Assembly (NCBI GenBank): GCA_976551045.1
Contig: CDPCPM010000073.1
Span: 16,244,001 to 16,308,000, forward strand
Direction of reading: 5' to 3'
From: Glaucostegus cemiculus
Lineage: Eukaryota
DNA length: 64,000 nt
Below are positions 53,301 through 62,500 of the stretch, piece by piece (position 1 is the stretch's first letter; each line of letters begins with the position of its first letter). The position numbers were made by a program, and so were the translations under genes. The notes under the pieces are model-generated. The model saw nothing but the letters and a program-made list of their open reading frames with translations, did no database searches and had not been told where the DNA came from.

Positions 53301-56300
53301 CATATGTATTTATACAAATTTGTTTTTCTTTCTAGCCAGAGAATGAAATTAGCAGGAATAAAACAACAGAATATCAGTTGTTTGATAATCATATCTGAAA
53401 AGACATTAATCCTTGACTGCTTGTGCTAAGCATGCAAATGCGATAGAAATTGAAGTCAATGGAAGCAAATATTGAAATCAGAGTATCAAGTATGGATGTT
53501 AATATATGCTATTAAGAGCAAGCAACCATGAACAAATTTCTACACTAACATTTAATGTCAAGTGCTGAGAGTAAAAAAAATCTTCATTTCAGTAAGCGCC
53601 TGTCTCCCTTTCTAAATCCCAGAAAATGCCAGCTACCACTGTTGCAATGAACCACTGCTATTGGCCAGCATTTTCAAATGTATTGAACTTTTCAACCACA
53701 CTGAGCAATAAACTCACATTTCAGTGCAAATTTCAGGGTGCTTTTCTTCATGTTTTAGCTCAGACAATGCATCCTGCCTAGGGGGCATGGCAGTTAGTCC
53801 TCATCTTGCAGTCATCTAGCTTGTACACGTACAACAGGAGGGGGAATCCCAGCTTCCCTCAGCTAGGTGCTGCTCAGGACAAATGCAGCAGCTGGCTAAC
53901 ACAGAAATCAAACATGGGACCTACCTTCCTGCCTGAGAAATGCATTTACATTTAATAACAGTGTCACTGACATTCTCCTATCCACCAAAAAATTTTGATT
54001 AATTTACTTTAGATTTACCTCCAAGTAAGACATAGAAACATTATAAAGCATGTTTTCACTCGTGGCATCGATTGCCTTGAATAGATCATTCAGAGTTTGG
54101 ACATAGATTCCAGGTTTGCAGTCCATCCCAAGCATGGTGTACGTTTTACCAGCTCCTGTATGAAACAAAGGCTTGTATAAATTTCTATCATTTGCCACCA
54201 GTTCACTTGCCTGTAATAGTAAGCTGTCCAGATCTTTAGGCAGCAACCTTGTCCATGATGTAAGCACCAAACATGATTGGTGAATACATGGATCAAATGG
54301 AAGACAGATTTCTTATAAGATGGGTACAACCTAGTTTCTTAAAGAGATAAATGAATTTCAAGGTTCCAAAAATGGACTAGAGTGTATTTTCCCAAAAGAC
54401 TAGAGGTATATTTTGTTCTTACGTTCTTTGGCAGAGGAAAGGATGACATCAGCTATGTTTTCAGGAAACCACATTCTCGTTGTTCCCCTACATGGATGCC
54501 AGATTTCCTATTAATTAACATCTTCTTCTAATTAGTCTTACTTTCCCAAGCATTCAAAAGTGTGGGGCTGGAGATTCAATGGTCATACCAGCCTGTTTCA
54601 TGCATCAGGATAAATTATCCCAAACTGACCAAAGCCATCAAGTCTCCTTTTACATTCTAATGATCTAGCACTTGTGATTTAATTTTCCCTCTAACAGCCT
54701 CCCAGTATCGTTTTGGTTCAGCTTGGTTATCTGAGTCATAGGTTCTAAACCCACTCCAGGGCTTGAATAGATCATCCAGGACAACAATTTGATTCATTCT
54801 CAGAGATGCTGCCCTCAGATGAGGAGGAGGCTGGATTTCAAAGACCCCACAATATTATTCTAGGGTTCTATATATTACTCTTTCTTCAAACAAAAACACA
54901 TTGCTATGTGAAAACATAATTCAACAGAACTGAACTTCAAATAAATTATGAGTCTAAACTATGTTTTAAAATGAGTTGTCACACCACCTGTAGGTCCATA
55001 CGCAAACACCGTAGCATTGTATCCAGAAATGACACCTTTAATCAGATCCTTTGTAGTGGCCAAATAAACATCCTCCTAAAAGCAATAGACAAAAGAGTGT
55101 TCACATCTGCAGTAATAAAGATATCAGTTTTTATGCCAACCAGACAGCAGTACAAATCTATCATCTTTGAGATGTAAATACAAATACATGTTTGAATATT
55201 TTCCCTATCATGGAATTTTAGTTTGTTTTTAGTTTGGGCGACACGATAGCGTAGCGGTTAGCGTGACGCTGTTACAGTGCCAGCGATTGGGGTTCGATTC
55301 CCGTTGCTGACTGTAAGGAGTTTGTACGTTCTCCCATGTCTGCGTGGGTTTCCTCCGGGTGCTCCGGTTTCCTCCCAAATTCTAAAAAGACGTACGGGTA
55401 GGCTAATTTGGGGGTTTAAAATGGGCGGCGCGGACTCGTTGGGCCAAAAGGGCCTGTTACCACGCTGTAAATAAAATGATAAAATTAAAATTATATAAAT
55501 TATTATTCAATAAATATATAAATCTAATACTGCTTATCAAAGGAAGGGATTTCATGATGAAATGATAAAAGCCTGGTCATCATTTTCTCCTCTGCCTGTT
55601 CAATGACATGCTTGCATTAAAGGCTTTCAATACATAGCCCCTCCATCTCAACTTTGGCCTTTCCTGCAACCTTCTCCACATTCTGATATTACACACAAAC
55701 TGGTGACTCATCACTTCCAGCGTGTTCCAAAACCATCATCCATCTGTTCTCAGGCCTTTGTCAAGGTGTGAAGAATCTTCTGACTGGATACTGGTCTTGT
55801 GCACTCTCCTATTTACATACACGGATAGTTCACTTTCTTTCCCAGAATGGTTTGCTTATATATCCAGGAGGACAAGTTCATCAGCTCTCTAGCAAAGATT
55901 ATGTCATGAGCACATAGAAAAATGTGGAAATATAAAGTACAGTTAAAGACAGCAGGGACTTGGAGAGAAGAGCTGGAAGTGATGGATGGCTTCATATCCA
56001 CTCAAGGGATTTCAGTGCAGAAAATGGAAAATGATTCCACTGGGCACTCAGTATCAGCAGGAGGGTGTTCCTTAGCTCACTGTTAGCAGCCCTGCCCTCC
56101 ATTGCTGAGCCCCTAACCTCCATAATTCTAAATCTCTCCACATCTCTAATATTAATGGGCAAATTTAAAACCTACAGCTTTCATCATCTGGTTCAATATC
56201 AAATATTGTGAAGCACCTTTGGATGTTTACTTTACTAAAGACATTATTTTAATGCATTATTAAAATACAATCTGACAGTGTATTACAATGCAATGTTAAA

Positions 56301-57372
56301 CTCTTAACCCATATTAAGATCACTCTTACAAAAGAACTTCAAACTTTGCAGTTATATTCTTTTTCGTTCATCTCGTTAGTGAGATTGCCAAATTATTAGT
56401 AAATGGAGATGAATAAGTAAACCTTTAAAGTAGCACTGACGGCTAGAAACTACCCTTACAGCAGGTGATTAAACTTATTGTCACCCTTCCAATTGTAGGA
56501 GAAGAGAGGCAGACTGACCTCGTCTCCAGTGTAAACACCAATAAAACAAACCATTTTGTTGCAGCTATGCCAATCAGATTATGGCTTAGATCTTGTTTTT
56601 TTTAATCAGAACCAGGCAATCCTTCAGTTCAGCATAGATTTAGTGAAGCCATTAAGTGGATCCAGAACCAAGATATGCAATTCTAACCTGTTGCTCAATA
56701 ACCATACACAAGGCGGCCCAAGGGACTGAATTAGAAATCTAATGCAGACTGCTGGAATTGATAGTCTCTGCTCTGATGGATGTCTGGGTCACAAGAGCAA
56801 TAAGTTTGAGCCTCAGTCCCAGTTCTAATGGACACTAGACCAACAACGTCAGCACTAATTGACAGCCTATCACAAAGAGGCCATCGAGATTCATGGTGTG
56901 TAATTACAAGCATGGTTCTATTGCGATAGGACTTTGGAACAAAGAGGCGTTGTTGCATTGAAATTTATCTGACAAAGAATGCAAACATTTCACGTTGCCA
57001 GGTGCTGACATTCATGATCTCAAATTAATTTCTGAAGAAAATTAATTCAATGAAACTGCTTCAGCACCAATTTGCAATTATTTTTAACATGATCTTGGAA
57101 ACCAAGGGCAATCACAGTTTAAAAGGTTATCCTTTGATTAACAATATTATGTTGAAGTAACAAAGGAAAAGCTGTTCATTTCTTCTAAGCCACAGGTTAA
57201 GATCTGCAAAGTTTTGGCGATGTAACAGCTAACATTTGTTTCAAAATTGCAGGTAGAATACCTGGGTGGAAGTGTCGTCAAACACCATGTCAAACATAAA
57301 TGTTCTTTCACGGGACCGATTAGCTCGCAAGATGTCATCTGGATCTTCTGTTGGATCCATCAAAACTACCAT
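1831..57372 (-). CDS. KIF19: Kinesin-8 family motor protein KIF19-like gene, partial (15 exons; 5' exons and 3'-terminal exon(s) not found in window)
   Basis: 15 exons with canonical AG/GT ends join in phase into 888 codons. Motifs: P-loop GPTGAGKT, switch I NKTSSRSH, switch [47 protein letters not shown]19-specific segments: [49 protein letters not shown]. Exon numbering follows my recollection of human KIF19. Confidence 0.95.
2850..2977 (+). mobile_element. Rex-Babar-type 3' end fragment
   Basis: aaacaaagtttttcactgtaacttgatacatgtgacaa matches the 3' termini at 48085-48140 and 59455-59512. Confidence 0.6.
2978..4598 (-). mobile_element. Rex1/Babar non-LTR retrotransposon, 5'-truncated and frameshifted (RT C-terminal half plus 3' UTR)
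   Basis: Fragmented RT: [104 protein letters not shown]. Short (TCTGA)-like tail at about 2978. Confidence 0.9.
5205..5530. repeat. C/T-rich low-complexity tract
   Basis: Strong pyrimidine skew that generates several spurious ORFs. Confidence 0.6.
7202..7307 (-). CDS. KIF19: KIF19-like exon 16: [35 protein letters not shown]
   Basis: Acceptor tttttcacag, donor gttggt; 106 nt, phase 2/0; VFKA and TPPPI motifs of the KIF19 tail. Confidence 0.88.
10791..10957 (-). CDS. KIF19: KIF19-like exon 15: [55 protein letters not shown](S)
   Basis: Acceptor gtttcttctag, donor gtaaca; 167 nt, phase 0/2 fits neighbours; LPP motif near the end as in KIF19. Confidence 0.82.
12015..12285 (-). mobile_element. 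Penelope pLTR-derived relic with hammerhead core (12086-12120)
   Basis: Minus strand: CTGACGA-A-GGGTC-TTC-aACCT-GAAAg-GTT; flanked by ctgctgagtatttcc; opposite-orientation pLTR end (gatttctagcatctg) near 12250. Confidence 0.6.
13959..14080 (-). CDS. KIF19: KIF19-like exon 14: (D)[40 protein letters not shown]
   Basis: Strong acceptor cttcttcttttccccccta/g, donor gtaaca; 122 nt, phase 1/0; resembles human YNLAVPQRLEELYEVY..ELEEG.L. Missed by the ORF track. Confidence 0.9.
14315..14575 (-). mobile_element. V-SINE, young full-length copy (CR1-type tail)
   Basis: Reverse complement closely matches 55236-55493. Confidence 0.92.
15372..15712 (+). mobile_element. Older V-SINE (HE1-like)
   Basis: B-box-like ggttcaattct, V-domain gtgtggagtttgcacattctcccc, tail gggccaaaggctgtttcc. 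Confidence 0.8.
17032..17170 (-). mobile_element. CR1-type 3' tail with (CATAGAA)n repeat
   Basis: catagagaacatagaacatag..tacagcacaattcaggccctcggccca. Confidence 0.7.
17670..17915 (+). mobile_element. Old CR1/L2-group LINE 3' end
   Basis: gggtcaaaatcccagga..cccaacagcact..gcagttcaagaagg..caccacc..aattaggga..aaatgctgg pattern recognised from such 3' termini. Confidence 0.55.
18195..18978 (+). mobile_element. Penelope-like element 3' fragment (GIY-YIG C-terminus, C-rich UTR, pseudo-LTR)
   Basis: [52 protein letters not shown], followed by the pLTR gatgctgcctgatccactgagttcctccagca. Confidence 0.85.
18836..18873 (+). ncRNA. Degenerate minimal hammerhead motif in Penelope pLTR
   Basis: CAGTC-CaGATGA-A-GGGTC-TT-GACCC-GAAAC-aTC-acCTG; GAAAC intact, U4 and stem III mutated. 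Confidence 0.6.
19600..19818. repeat. Palindromic Penelope-pLTR-derived element (long hairpin)
   Basis: Arms 19604-19627 and 19752-19775 are 22/24 complementary. Inner arms tgacccttca (19673-19682) and tgaagggtca (19693-19702) are perfectly complementary. Confidence 0.8.
20520..20920 (-). mobile_element. DeuSINE-like (SacSINE1-type) relic
   Basis: Reverse complement shows tgtcttt..gag..gttaaac and ggatcc..ggtactattttgaag Deu-domain-like segments plus the acaacagtgactaccttcaaaa tail. Confidence 0.55.
23270..24255 (+). mobile_element. CR1 LINE (HER1-like), 5'-truncated RT C-terminus plus 3' tail
   Basis: [67 protein letters not shown]; tail ...ctcctatatcctgtggtctt. Confidence 0.92.
23487..23567 (+). 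repeat. Perfect 3 x 27-bp tandem repeat inside CR1
   Basis: attgaaggtgcacaaggacttgggagc occurs three times exactly (23487-23513, 23514-23540, 23541-23567). Confidence 0.97.
24279..24482 (-). mobile_element. 3' half of older V-SINE
   Basis: tacagcatggaaacaggccc tail and ccccagattctaccac are the reverse complement of 15590-15710. Confidence 0.7.
25080..26120 (+). mobile_element. Degraded RTE-clade LINE
   Basis: [36 protein letters not shown]-like C-terminal motif; many frameshifts. Confidence 0.65.
26501..26771 (-). CDS. KIF19: KIF19-like exon 13: [24 protein letters not shown]...[17 protein letters not shown]
   Basis: Acceptor tgtttcttag, donor gtatgg; 271 nt; [14 protein letters not shown] conserved. 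Confidence 0.95.
27085..27330 (+). mobile_element. DeuSINE-like relic
   Basis: gagacttgagcaca..gctgcactgccgtagg..ttaaacaaaggcccc..atcccatgcc..aagaagaccagg. Confidence 0.5.
27636..28560 (+). mobile_element. Old CR1/L2-group LINE 5' part (AP-endonuclease relic)
   Basis: [21 protein letters not shown] and GDFNIHQ (about 28216) endonuclease motifs. Confidence 0.6.
28706..28742 (-). ncRNA. Degenerate minimal hammerhead motif in Penelope pLTR
   Basis: Minus strand: CAGTC-CTaAAGA-A-GGGTC-CT-GACCC-aAAAC-GTT-GACT. Confidence 0.6.
29274..29311 (+). ncRNA. Minimal type-I hammerhead ribozyme motif (G12 mutated to A) in Penelope pLTR
   Basis: CAGTC-CTGAAGA-A-GGGTC-CT-GACCC-aAAAC-GTT-GACcG: stem I, core, stem II and palindromic ACGT stem III. 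Confidence 0.7.
29899..30100 (-). CDS. KIF19: KIF19-like exon 12: [67 protein letters not shown]
   Basis: Acceptor ctttctttag, donor gtgaag; 202 nt; EP.EV..ARE.I..L..EQ pattern of KIF19. Missed by the ORF track. Confidence 0.92.
31170..31620 (+). mobile_element. Degraded CR1 fragment
   Basis: EQRD..V.VH.SLK-like and RFTR..LE pieces; gaaggcttaatagaggtgtacaaa. Confidence 0.55.
35004..35290 (-). repeat. 3' LTR (287 bp, TG...CA)
   Basis: Minus strand starts TGTGGCGACT and ends GCTGCTACA; preceded by a G-rich polypurine tract (35294-35313); AATAAA on minus at 35069-35074. Confidence 0.93.
37329..37341 (-). promoter_or_regulatory. Primer-binding site, tRNA-Trp type
   Basis: TGGTGACCCC(T)AC directly after the 5' LTR; complementary to the vertebrate tRNA-Trp 3' end (...GUCGGGGUCACCA) with one mismatch. 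Confidence 0.75.
37343..37618 (-). repeat. 5' LTR (276 bp, terminal CA mutated to CG)
   Basis: Aligns to the 3' LTR with about 32 substitutions (manual count) and one 11-bp indel. Confidence 0.93.
39496..39670 (-). CDS. KIF19: KIF19-like exon 11: (A)[21 protein letters not shown]...[14 protein letters not shown](D)
   Basis: Acceptor gctttcag, donor gtgagt; 175 nt; phases 1/2 match neighbouring exons. Confidence 0.95.
39835..39992 (+). mobile_element. V-SINE fragment
   Basis: gctgtctgtgtggagtttgtacatcctc..ggtgctctggtttcctccaca V-domain. Confidence 0.75.
41205..41450 (+). mobile_element. Degraded CR1 fragment
   Basis: gaaaggatatcttggacttgga..taccaggg..attgaggtt..ggaatctatgacaagg match the CR1 3' region. 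Confidence 0.45.
42864..43020 (-). CDS. KIF19: KIF19-like exon 10: [52 protein letters not shown]
   Basis: Acceptor cacttcag, donor gtaggt; 157 nt; neck coiled coil. Confidence 0.95.
43355..43720 (+). mobile_element. DeuSINE-like relic
   Basis: cactccaaaagcttgag..tagtgggggagtgcggcattgtc..catctttcggg..gttaa..ttacaacagtgacaatgcttcaaaagtattc. Confidence 0.55.
44382..44504 (-). CDS. KIF19: KIF19-like exon 9: [41 protein letters not shown]
   Basis: Acceptor ttattgcag, donor gtacga; 123 nt; end of motor domain. Missed by the ORF track. Confidence 0.96.
44857..44988 (-). mobile_element. Rex-Babar 3' UTR fragment nested in CR1
   Basis: tcagaatcag...gtgaaatttgctgttttgttgcagcagtacagtgcaaga...aaataaataatgcaaaagaggaataa matches 2978-3110. 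Confidence 0.85.
45228..45466 (+). mobile_element. tRNA-derived V-SINE (CR1-type tail) nested in CR1
   Basis: tRNA-like head with B box ggttcaattcc, V-domain ggagtttgtacgttctcc..gggtttcctccgggtg, tail gggccagaagggcctattaccatgctgtaaataaa. Confidence 0.9.
46227..46379 (-). CDS. KIF19: KIF19-like exon 8: [51 protein letters not shown]
   Basis: Acceptor cccaatag, donor gtacca; 153 nt. Confidence 0.96.
46869..46916 (+). repeat. 2 x 24-bp tandem duplication
   Basis: aggaatgccagaaagtcattaatt / aggaatgccacaaagtcattaatt. Confidence 0.9.
47544..47738 (-). CDS. KIF19: KIF19-like exon 7: [31 protein letters not shown]...[14 protein letters not shown]
   Basis: Acceptor ttctcag, donor gtaatc; 195 nt; switch I and switch II motifs. 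Confidence 0.97.
48030..48140 (+). mobile_element. Rex-Babar fragment (short RT piece fused to 3' tail)
   Basis: [11 protein letters not shown]-like RT piece followed by ttttcactgtacctcagtacagtgacaataataaaccaataccaata. Confidence 0.6.
48612..49392 (+). mobile_element. CR1 LINE 3' fragment (second subfamily)
   Basis: [56 protein letters not shown]; tail atgggctgaagggcct. Confidence 0.9.
49396..49698 (-). mobile_element. V-SINE with Rex-Babar-type 3' tail
   Basis: Same head and V-domain as the 14315 and 55236 copies, but the 3' end reads ttcactgtgtgttttgatgtacatgtgactaataaa(gatgtcttatcttat). Confidence 0.85.
50680..51200 (-). mobile_element. PIF/Harbinger transposase relic
   Basis: Ordered minus-strand peptides across frameshifts: [71 protein letters not shown]. 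Confidence 0.65.
52041..52166 (-). CDS. KIF19: KIF19-like exon 6: [42 protein letters not shown]
   Basis: Acceptor tttcatttcag, donor gtacgg; 126 nt; EIYNE motif spans the junction. Confidence 0.96.
54019..54155 (-). CDS. KIF19: KIF19-like exon 5: (G)[45 protein letters not shown]
   Basis: Acceptor catacag, donor gtaaat; 137 nt; completes the P-loop GPTGAGKT. Confidence 0.96.
54988..55075 (-). CDS. KIF19: KIF19-like exon 4: [29 protein letters not shown](G)
   Basis: Acceptor tttag, donor gtggtg; 88 nt; [10 protein letters not shown] motif and first half of the P-loop. Confidence 0.95.
55236..55493 (+). mobile_element. V-SINE, young full-length copy (CR1-type tail)
   Basis: gggcgacacgatagcgtagcggttagcg head, B box ggttcgattcc, V-domain, A-rich tail; CpGs largely retained. 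Confidence 0.92.
57262..57372 (-). CDS. KIF19: KIF19-like exon (human exon 3 equivalent): [37 protein letters not shown]
   Basis: Acceptor ttttcttctgtag, donor gtattc; 111 nt, phase 0/0; contains kinesin-8 loop L2. Missed by the ORF track. Confidence 0.95.
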
Positions 57373-59149
57373 CTACAGAAGAAAACACAGAAAAGAATGG
57401 ATTCAAAAAACAATGGATTTTTAGACAGGAAAATTATCGGGTGCAGTCGCAACCCTCGGGCAGCCCATTCATACAGCTACCGCCTTCACAAGACATGTGA
57501 CTTTTTCCTTTTGGTCTGGTTAAAATGGTGCATCATGGTGGAGCTTCAGAAATGCAACCTGACCTATAACCTTAACCCCACTAACCCACTCCACCCCAAT
57601 CCCTGCAGATACACTAAGTATACACAGCTCATTTTATTATCACCTCTGATTTGATATTGGCCTTTGTATAGGAAATATTTGTTCTGCTCGCTATTTTATT
57701 GCAGGCAATGCAATTTTACACTAAAGGCTGAGGGCACATTTCCATTTAGTTGATTGATCCATGTTCCCAGTGATGTTAAATCTAATTTGATTTGTAATGC
57801 TTCTTTTATAACGCTTTCAGCCTTCAAAGGTTGTTATGTCTGCATGTGGACAGAGAAATAAGACAGCCAGAATCACATTTATTGACTGCTATACAACAAG
57901 GCTGATCATCAGTTCTACTGAAGTCATTGTATTGTAACTGAATCCAAGTTGGAACACAGTGCAAAGTCCATTCTATCCTTGCTCTCCTGAATGTCGACAA
58001 CCCTCCTCAAAACCTATTTCATTGATCATGCTGTTAGTCACCCTCAAGTATGTCCTTCTTGGGGCTATACCAATTTATGTCTAACTCCAATAATGCTCCT
58101 AGTTTTCTATGTTAAAAGAGTTGTTATAAATACAACTTTTTATTGTTGATTCTGAGTCCCAGTCAATACACAACAGTTGTTTCTTAAAAAAATAATTTAA
58201 TCAAGACAGATTGTTTTAACTTCAACAAAGTACATAAACAAAATGCTCTTGGGATATCATGAACCATCTGACTCATACACCTTCAGAGACGCCAACAGAT
58301 TATCAAGTCAGATGATCTTAACTTCCTGAGCAATATGGAGAGCTACCAGTTACGTACAAACAATGTAAGGAGGAGAGAAACAGCCACTGAAGGAATGCTA
58401 AAACTGTTAATGAGAGAGAATTAATGCCACAAGCAATATTTGTAAATGAGATGATCTCAGCATCATTATTTGGGTTAATGTGGTGATTTCCTTTGAAACA
58501 ACATTCAGTAGAGGGAATTCCTAAATCATTTGCTTTGATCGGTGTCTCAGTCATTCAAGATTTATTCCTGGTTTGATAAGTAATTCAATTTTTTGCCTTC
58601 TGAATAAAAGGCAGGATAAATGAGTAACTGCTTTCCCTGAAAACATTGCAATTAATCTACATCAAAGCAATGACTGTAATATTGACAGGATCAGTTAACA
58701 ATGAAGATAAATAAAAACAATTGCCTCTGTTATGTAATGAATTGTCATTCTCAAAGAAAGCTGCTGAGAAATTAGATCATATCACGCTTTGTGCTCTACA
58801 TGATCCAATATCTATAAAACATAAATAAGATTTACAGCATGGATCAGGAAGTCCACAATATTCATTCTGGGGTCCTCCATGCACTTCCTCATAAATCACA
58901 GAAGATCCTGAACAAATGCAGTGGCGTCCAAGGACACCTAGATACATTCCCAGGACATTCACTCACATTCTACAGGCCACTCCTGGAAATGTAGACTCCA
59001 CAGCACCGGAAGCTTCTACATGACTTAAAGGTGACCGTCCTCAGCAGTTACCAGCCCAACGTTAGGAATCATTAGGGTTGGTCCCTTTATGTTATCTACC
59101 AATCAGCTCTCCTTCACCCTTACCTCCCCTATCACTCCAGTCACCTGGG

Positions 59150-59512
59150 ACATTCTCTCTTCTCTCCTCTTCCATCAGGTAGAAGAAACAGGAGCCTGAG
59201 GGCATGTACCACCAGACTTAAGGACAGCTTCTACCCCACTGCGATAAGACTATTGAATGGTTCCCTTATACAATGAATGGACTATGACAACACGATCTAC
59301 CTTGTTGTGACCTTGCACCTTATTACACTGCACTTTCTCTGTAGCTGTGACACTTTACTCTGTACCGTAATTGTTTTTAGCTGTACTACATCAATGCACT
59401 TTGTACTAACTCAACGTAACTGCATTGTGTAATGAATTGACCTGTACAATCGGTTTGCAAGACAAGTTTTTCACTGTACCTCAGTACAAGTTACAATAAT
59501 AAACCAATACCG
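59150..59512 (+). mobile_element. Rex-Babar 3' end (ORF C-terminus plus 3' UTR)
   Basis: Translates FSPLPSGRRNRSLRACTTRLKDSFYPTAIRLLN, homologous to the C-terminus at 3130-3240. Ends ttttcactgtacctcagtacaagttacaataataaaccaatacc. Confidence 0.85.
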
Positions 59513-62500
59513 ATCCCACCTCTAATCTTGCGACCTTCATCCAACCTAACCACCCCCCCCATTATTCCCAACGCTGAGGATCACATGCTCCACTCACCCA
59601 CCACCAATTGCCAGCAACCAGTCCTTATCCGAAGCATTCCCCGCATTGCCCTCCTCCTACCCCTCCCCCTGCCCAACCATCCACCCTCCAACACCTGGGC
59701 CTCAATCCACCATGATCATTTGGACATGGCCACAACCCCAGGACACATTCGATGTCTTTTTCACACTCTGCTCTGGTACTATGTGTAAAGGAAGGGTCTC
59801 CTCTTGTGAAAGGCCCATTCAGTAGCACCCAGTGCCTTCACCCTAGGCACTAATGAGTTTCCAAACAGCAGACCCACAAATAAAATTACCACCAGTGTGC
59901 TGCGCAGGGACCAATTAACACCCCACTGCAGGTGCTGGGACATTTAAGCCAAATTACCCTTTAATGACAACCATAGCAGCTCCATATTGTCCAATCTCCC
60001 CAGGATTCTACATTTAACCACATTAAAAACAGGGCAAGCGTCATGCCTTGCTGAACAATGAATTGGGCCAAATGACTTCACCCATTGTATTGCCACAATG
60101 CTTAACAGATCTCAATTAAACTGTCTCTCCCTGTCAATCTTTGATCTTTTCTGATACCTTCCAGTTTGAGATATGTTTGTTTGTTGCTACATATAGAGTT
60201 GCTACATCTCAACTATCTTGATGGGATTCAACATTTGAAATGACATTTTTTTAATGTGGACTATTTTCCCCTTCTATGGATTACTTTGCATCAGTCCCTC
60301 CGCTGGTAATTTACAGTATTTATATTTTGCATTGCCAGAACCTCTGAGGTTTGGTCTGGACTTGGTTTTAAGACTTTTGTAGCTTAGCAGCTTTTGGAAC
60401 AGTTCCAAAGCCACATTGGGGATTCACGACAGCAAGAATTACATAGTCTGCCTGCCCTCTAGCCGAGGAATGAAGCATGGAACCAGGGAGCCTTGCAAGG
60501 GAAGACAGTGGCTTGAATTAAGAAGCTTGAGCTCATAATTTAACTCCAAAGGTTCCATAAAATCTGATTATATATTGAGGTTCAAACAACAATAAAATTC
60601 ATAGGCTTTACACATTGAAAAATTAAGCAAGATGTTGTTCAATCACTGAGGACAGGTGAACAATAGAATAATACTGAAGGCTCAAGTTTGTGCAAAGGTA
60701 ATAAAGCTTCATAAATTACTTTGAAGAAACCTATTTATAATTCATTACCTTATTACTTCAGTGTATGATTACTTTTAACTGTAAAATCAAAAGGAGGGCA
60801 AGCTTAAACATGCTAAAACCAGAGTAATCAAACACCAACTATCCAATAAACACAATCACTGGCATTCAGTGAAATGTTTTTAAAGTCAAAGAGATTACTG
60901 GTAGAATTAAATGCTGGGGCAAAGTGATGAATGAAAGGATAATAAAGTGTTCATTATTTTAAACCATATGTCCTTTTAGATGTAATCAGCACACCCGTTG
61001 AAATTGAGAACTGATTCCAGTGAACACACATTCAAATACATTATTGCGTCACTGTAATCCATACTACAGCAATAGTTTGCATGATGAAAAGTGCAAATTT
61101 TGGCAAGCCATGAGTAAGGTTTTAATGTGAAAGGAGATTAGATAAGCCTGTCTCACAAACTTATTGACAAATCTAATCAAAGTTGTTTCAGGTCATTGTT
61201 ACTCGGACTGAATGCTACTGCATTAGGTTGAAAGGAGGAATGGAAGAACACAGTAACCTTTCATTTACTTTCAACAATAGATACTTTCTGTTTGGATTCA
61301 CAGAATTTTGCAACACACGAGGAGGCCACCGCAGCATCTCTCGAAACAACAATCTCACTTAGTCCCATTCTACTTGTTTCCTCCAACAACTAGTACAATT
61401 ATACAGTTCCAAGTATTTTTTCCATTTCCATTAAGATTCCATTTCCATCACTTGTTCTGTTAGGGCACTGATGGCCCCTTAACCCCTTCTGTAAGAAAAG
61501 GAAATTCCCTAAAGCACCCTATCAGTTCTTTAACTGTAACCTTCAGTTCATGACTATTAGTCCATTGCCTAAGTCACAATTACCTAAAACAACTTTGATT
61601 AGATTTGTGTGCAAGTCTGTGAGACAGCCTTGCAAACAATAATTTATTTTCAAGTTACTTTTCTGCATCTTTTATAGCCTGAATATCGTAATCATCTCAC
61701 TTAACTTCTTAAATCAAATATAAAAAGATCTATTCTGTGCCACGTTTCCATCGTTTAAATAACAACAATAACGTCTCTAACACTATTTTGAAGAACTCTA
61801 CAAATATTGCAAAAATCATTATTGCAACACTATTTTGCTTCAGGAATTATTAGTAGGATTTCTCATGCTGCTAGCATGTACCCTCACAGTTATGACCTCG
61901 CGAAGTAGCCCTTAAAGGGTCATACTACAGTACAAGCTACAATCTTCATACTACAGGGGAATGTTGATAAAGGAATGAATGCAAGCTTGAGTAATGAGAT
62001 GTGAATGAAAGCTCCTTCCAGGAGCTGGAAAACCTGCTCAGGCTGCTGAAGGTCAGTGTGTGCAGACTACATCTTCTTGTGCAAGGGCATTTCTGGCTGG
62101 AAGATGCCAGGGCTATTTAGTGCCCTCTCTGACTGCCTCCATTTTTGGAGAACCCTGCAAAGCAGCAAAGTACCCTGCCAGTCCTGAAGACTACAGTTGC
62201 ATTAATCAAAAGTGCCAGGAAGACTGAGGTTTTCTTGACTTCTGCAATGCAGCAGTGAGCAGTGGTGTGTCACGTGAAGCACTTATTAACAGATGCAACC
62301 CAGAAGGGTCCTGGGTAAAAAGGCAGTGCAGGCACCCCTGTGAGCCTGAGGTCACAGACATGAATGAGGACTACCTTGCAGTCGGGTTAGGAGATTAGTT
62401 CCCTGTGAAGGCTAAGTGGAAATGGTGTTGGATACCATCTCTTTCGTCAGTGGGGGAGGGACTTTAAGAAGTTCAGGATTGGGATAGAGATCAGGGGTTC

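Noticed and set aside
55236-55310. tRNA gene-like sequence (also 14500-14575, 45228-45300, 49625-49698)
   Set aside because: These are tRNA-derived SINE heads that continue into V-domains; no complete cloverleaf.
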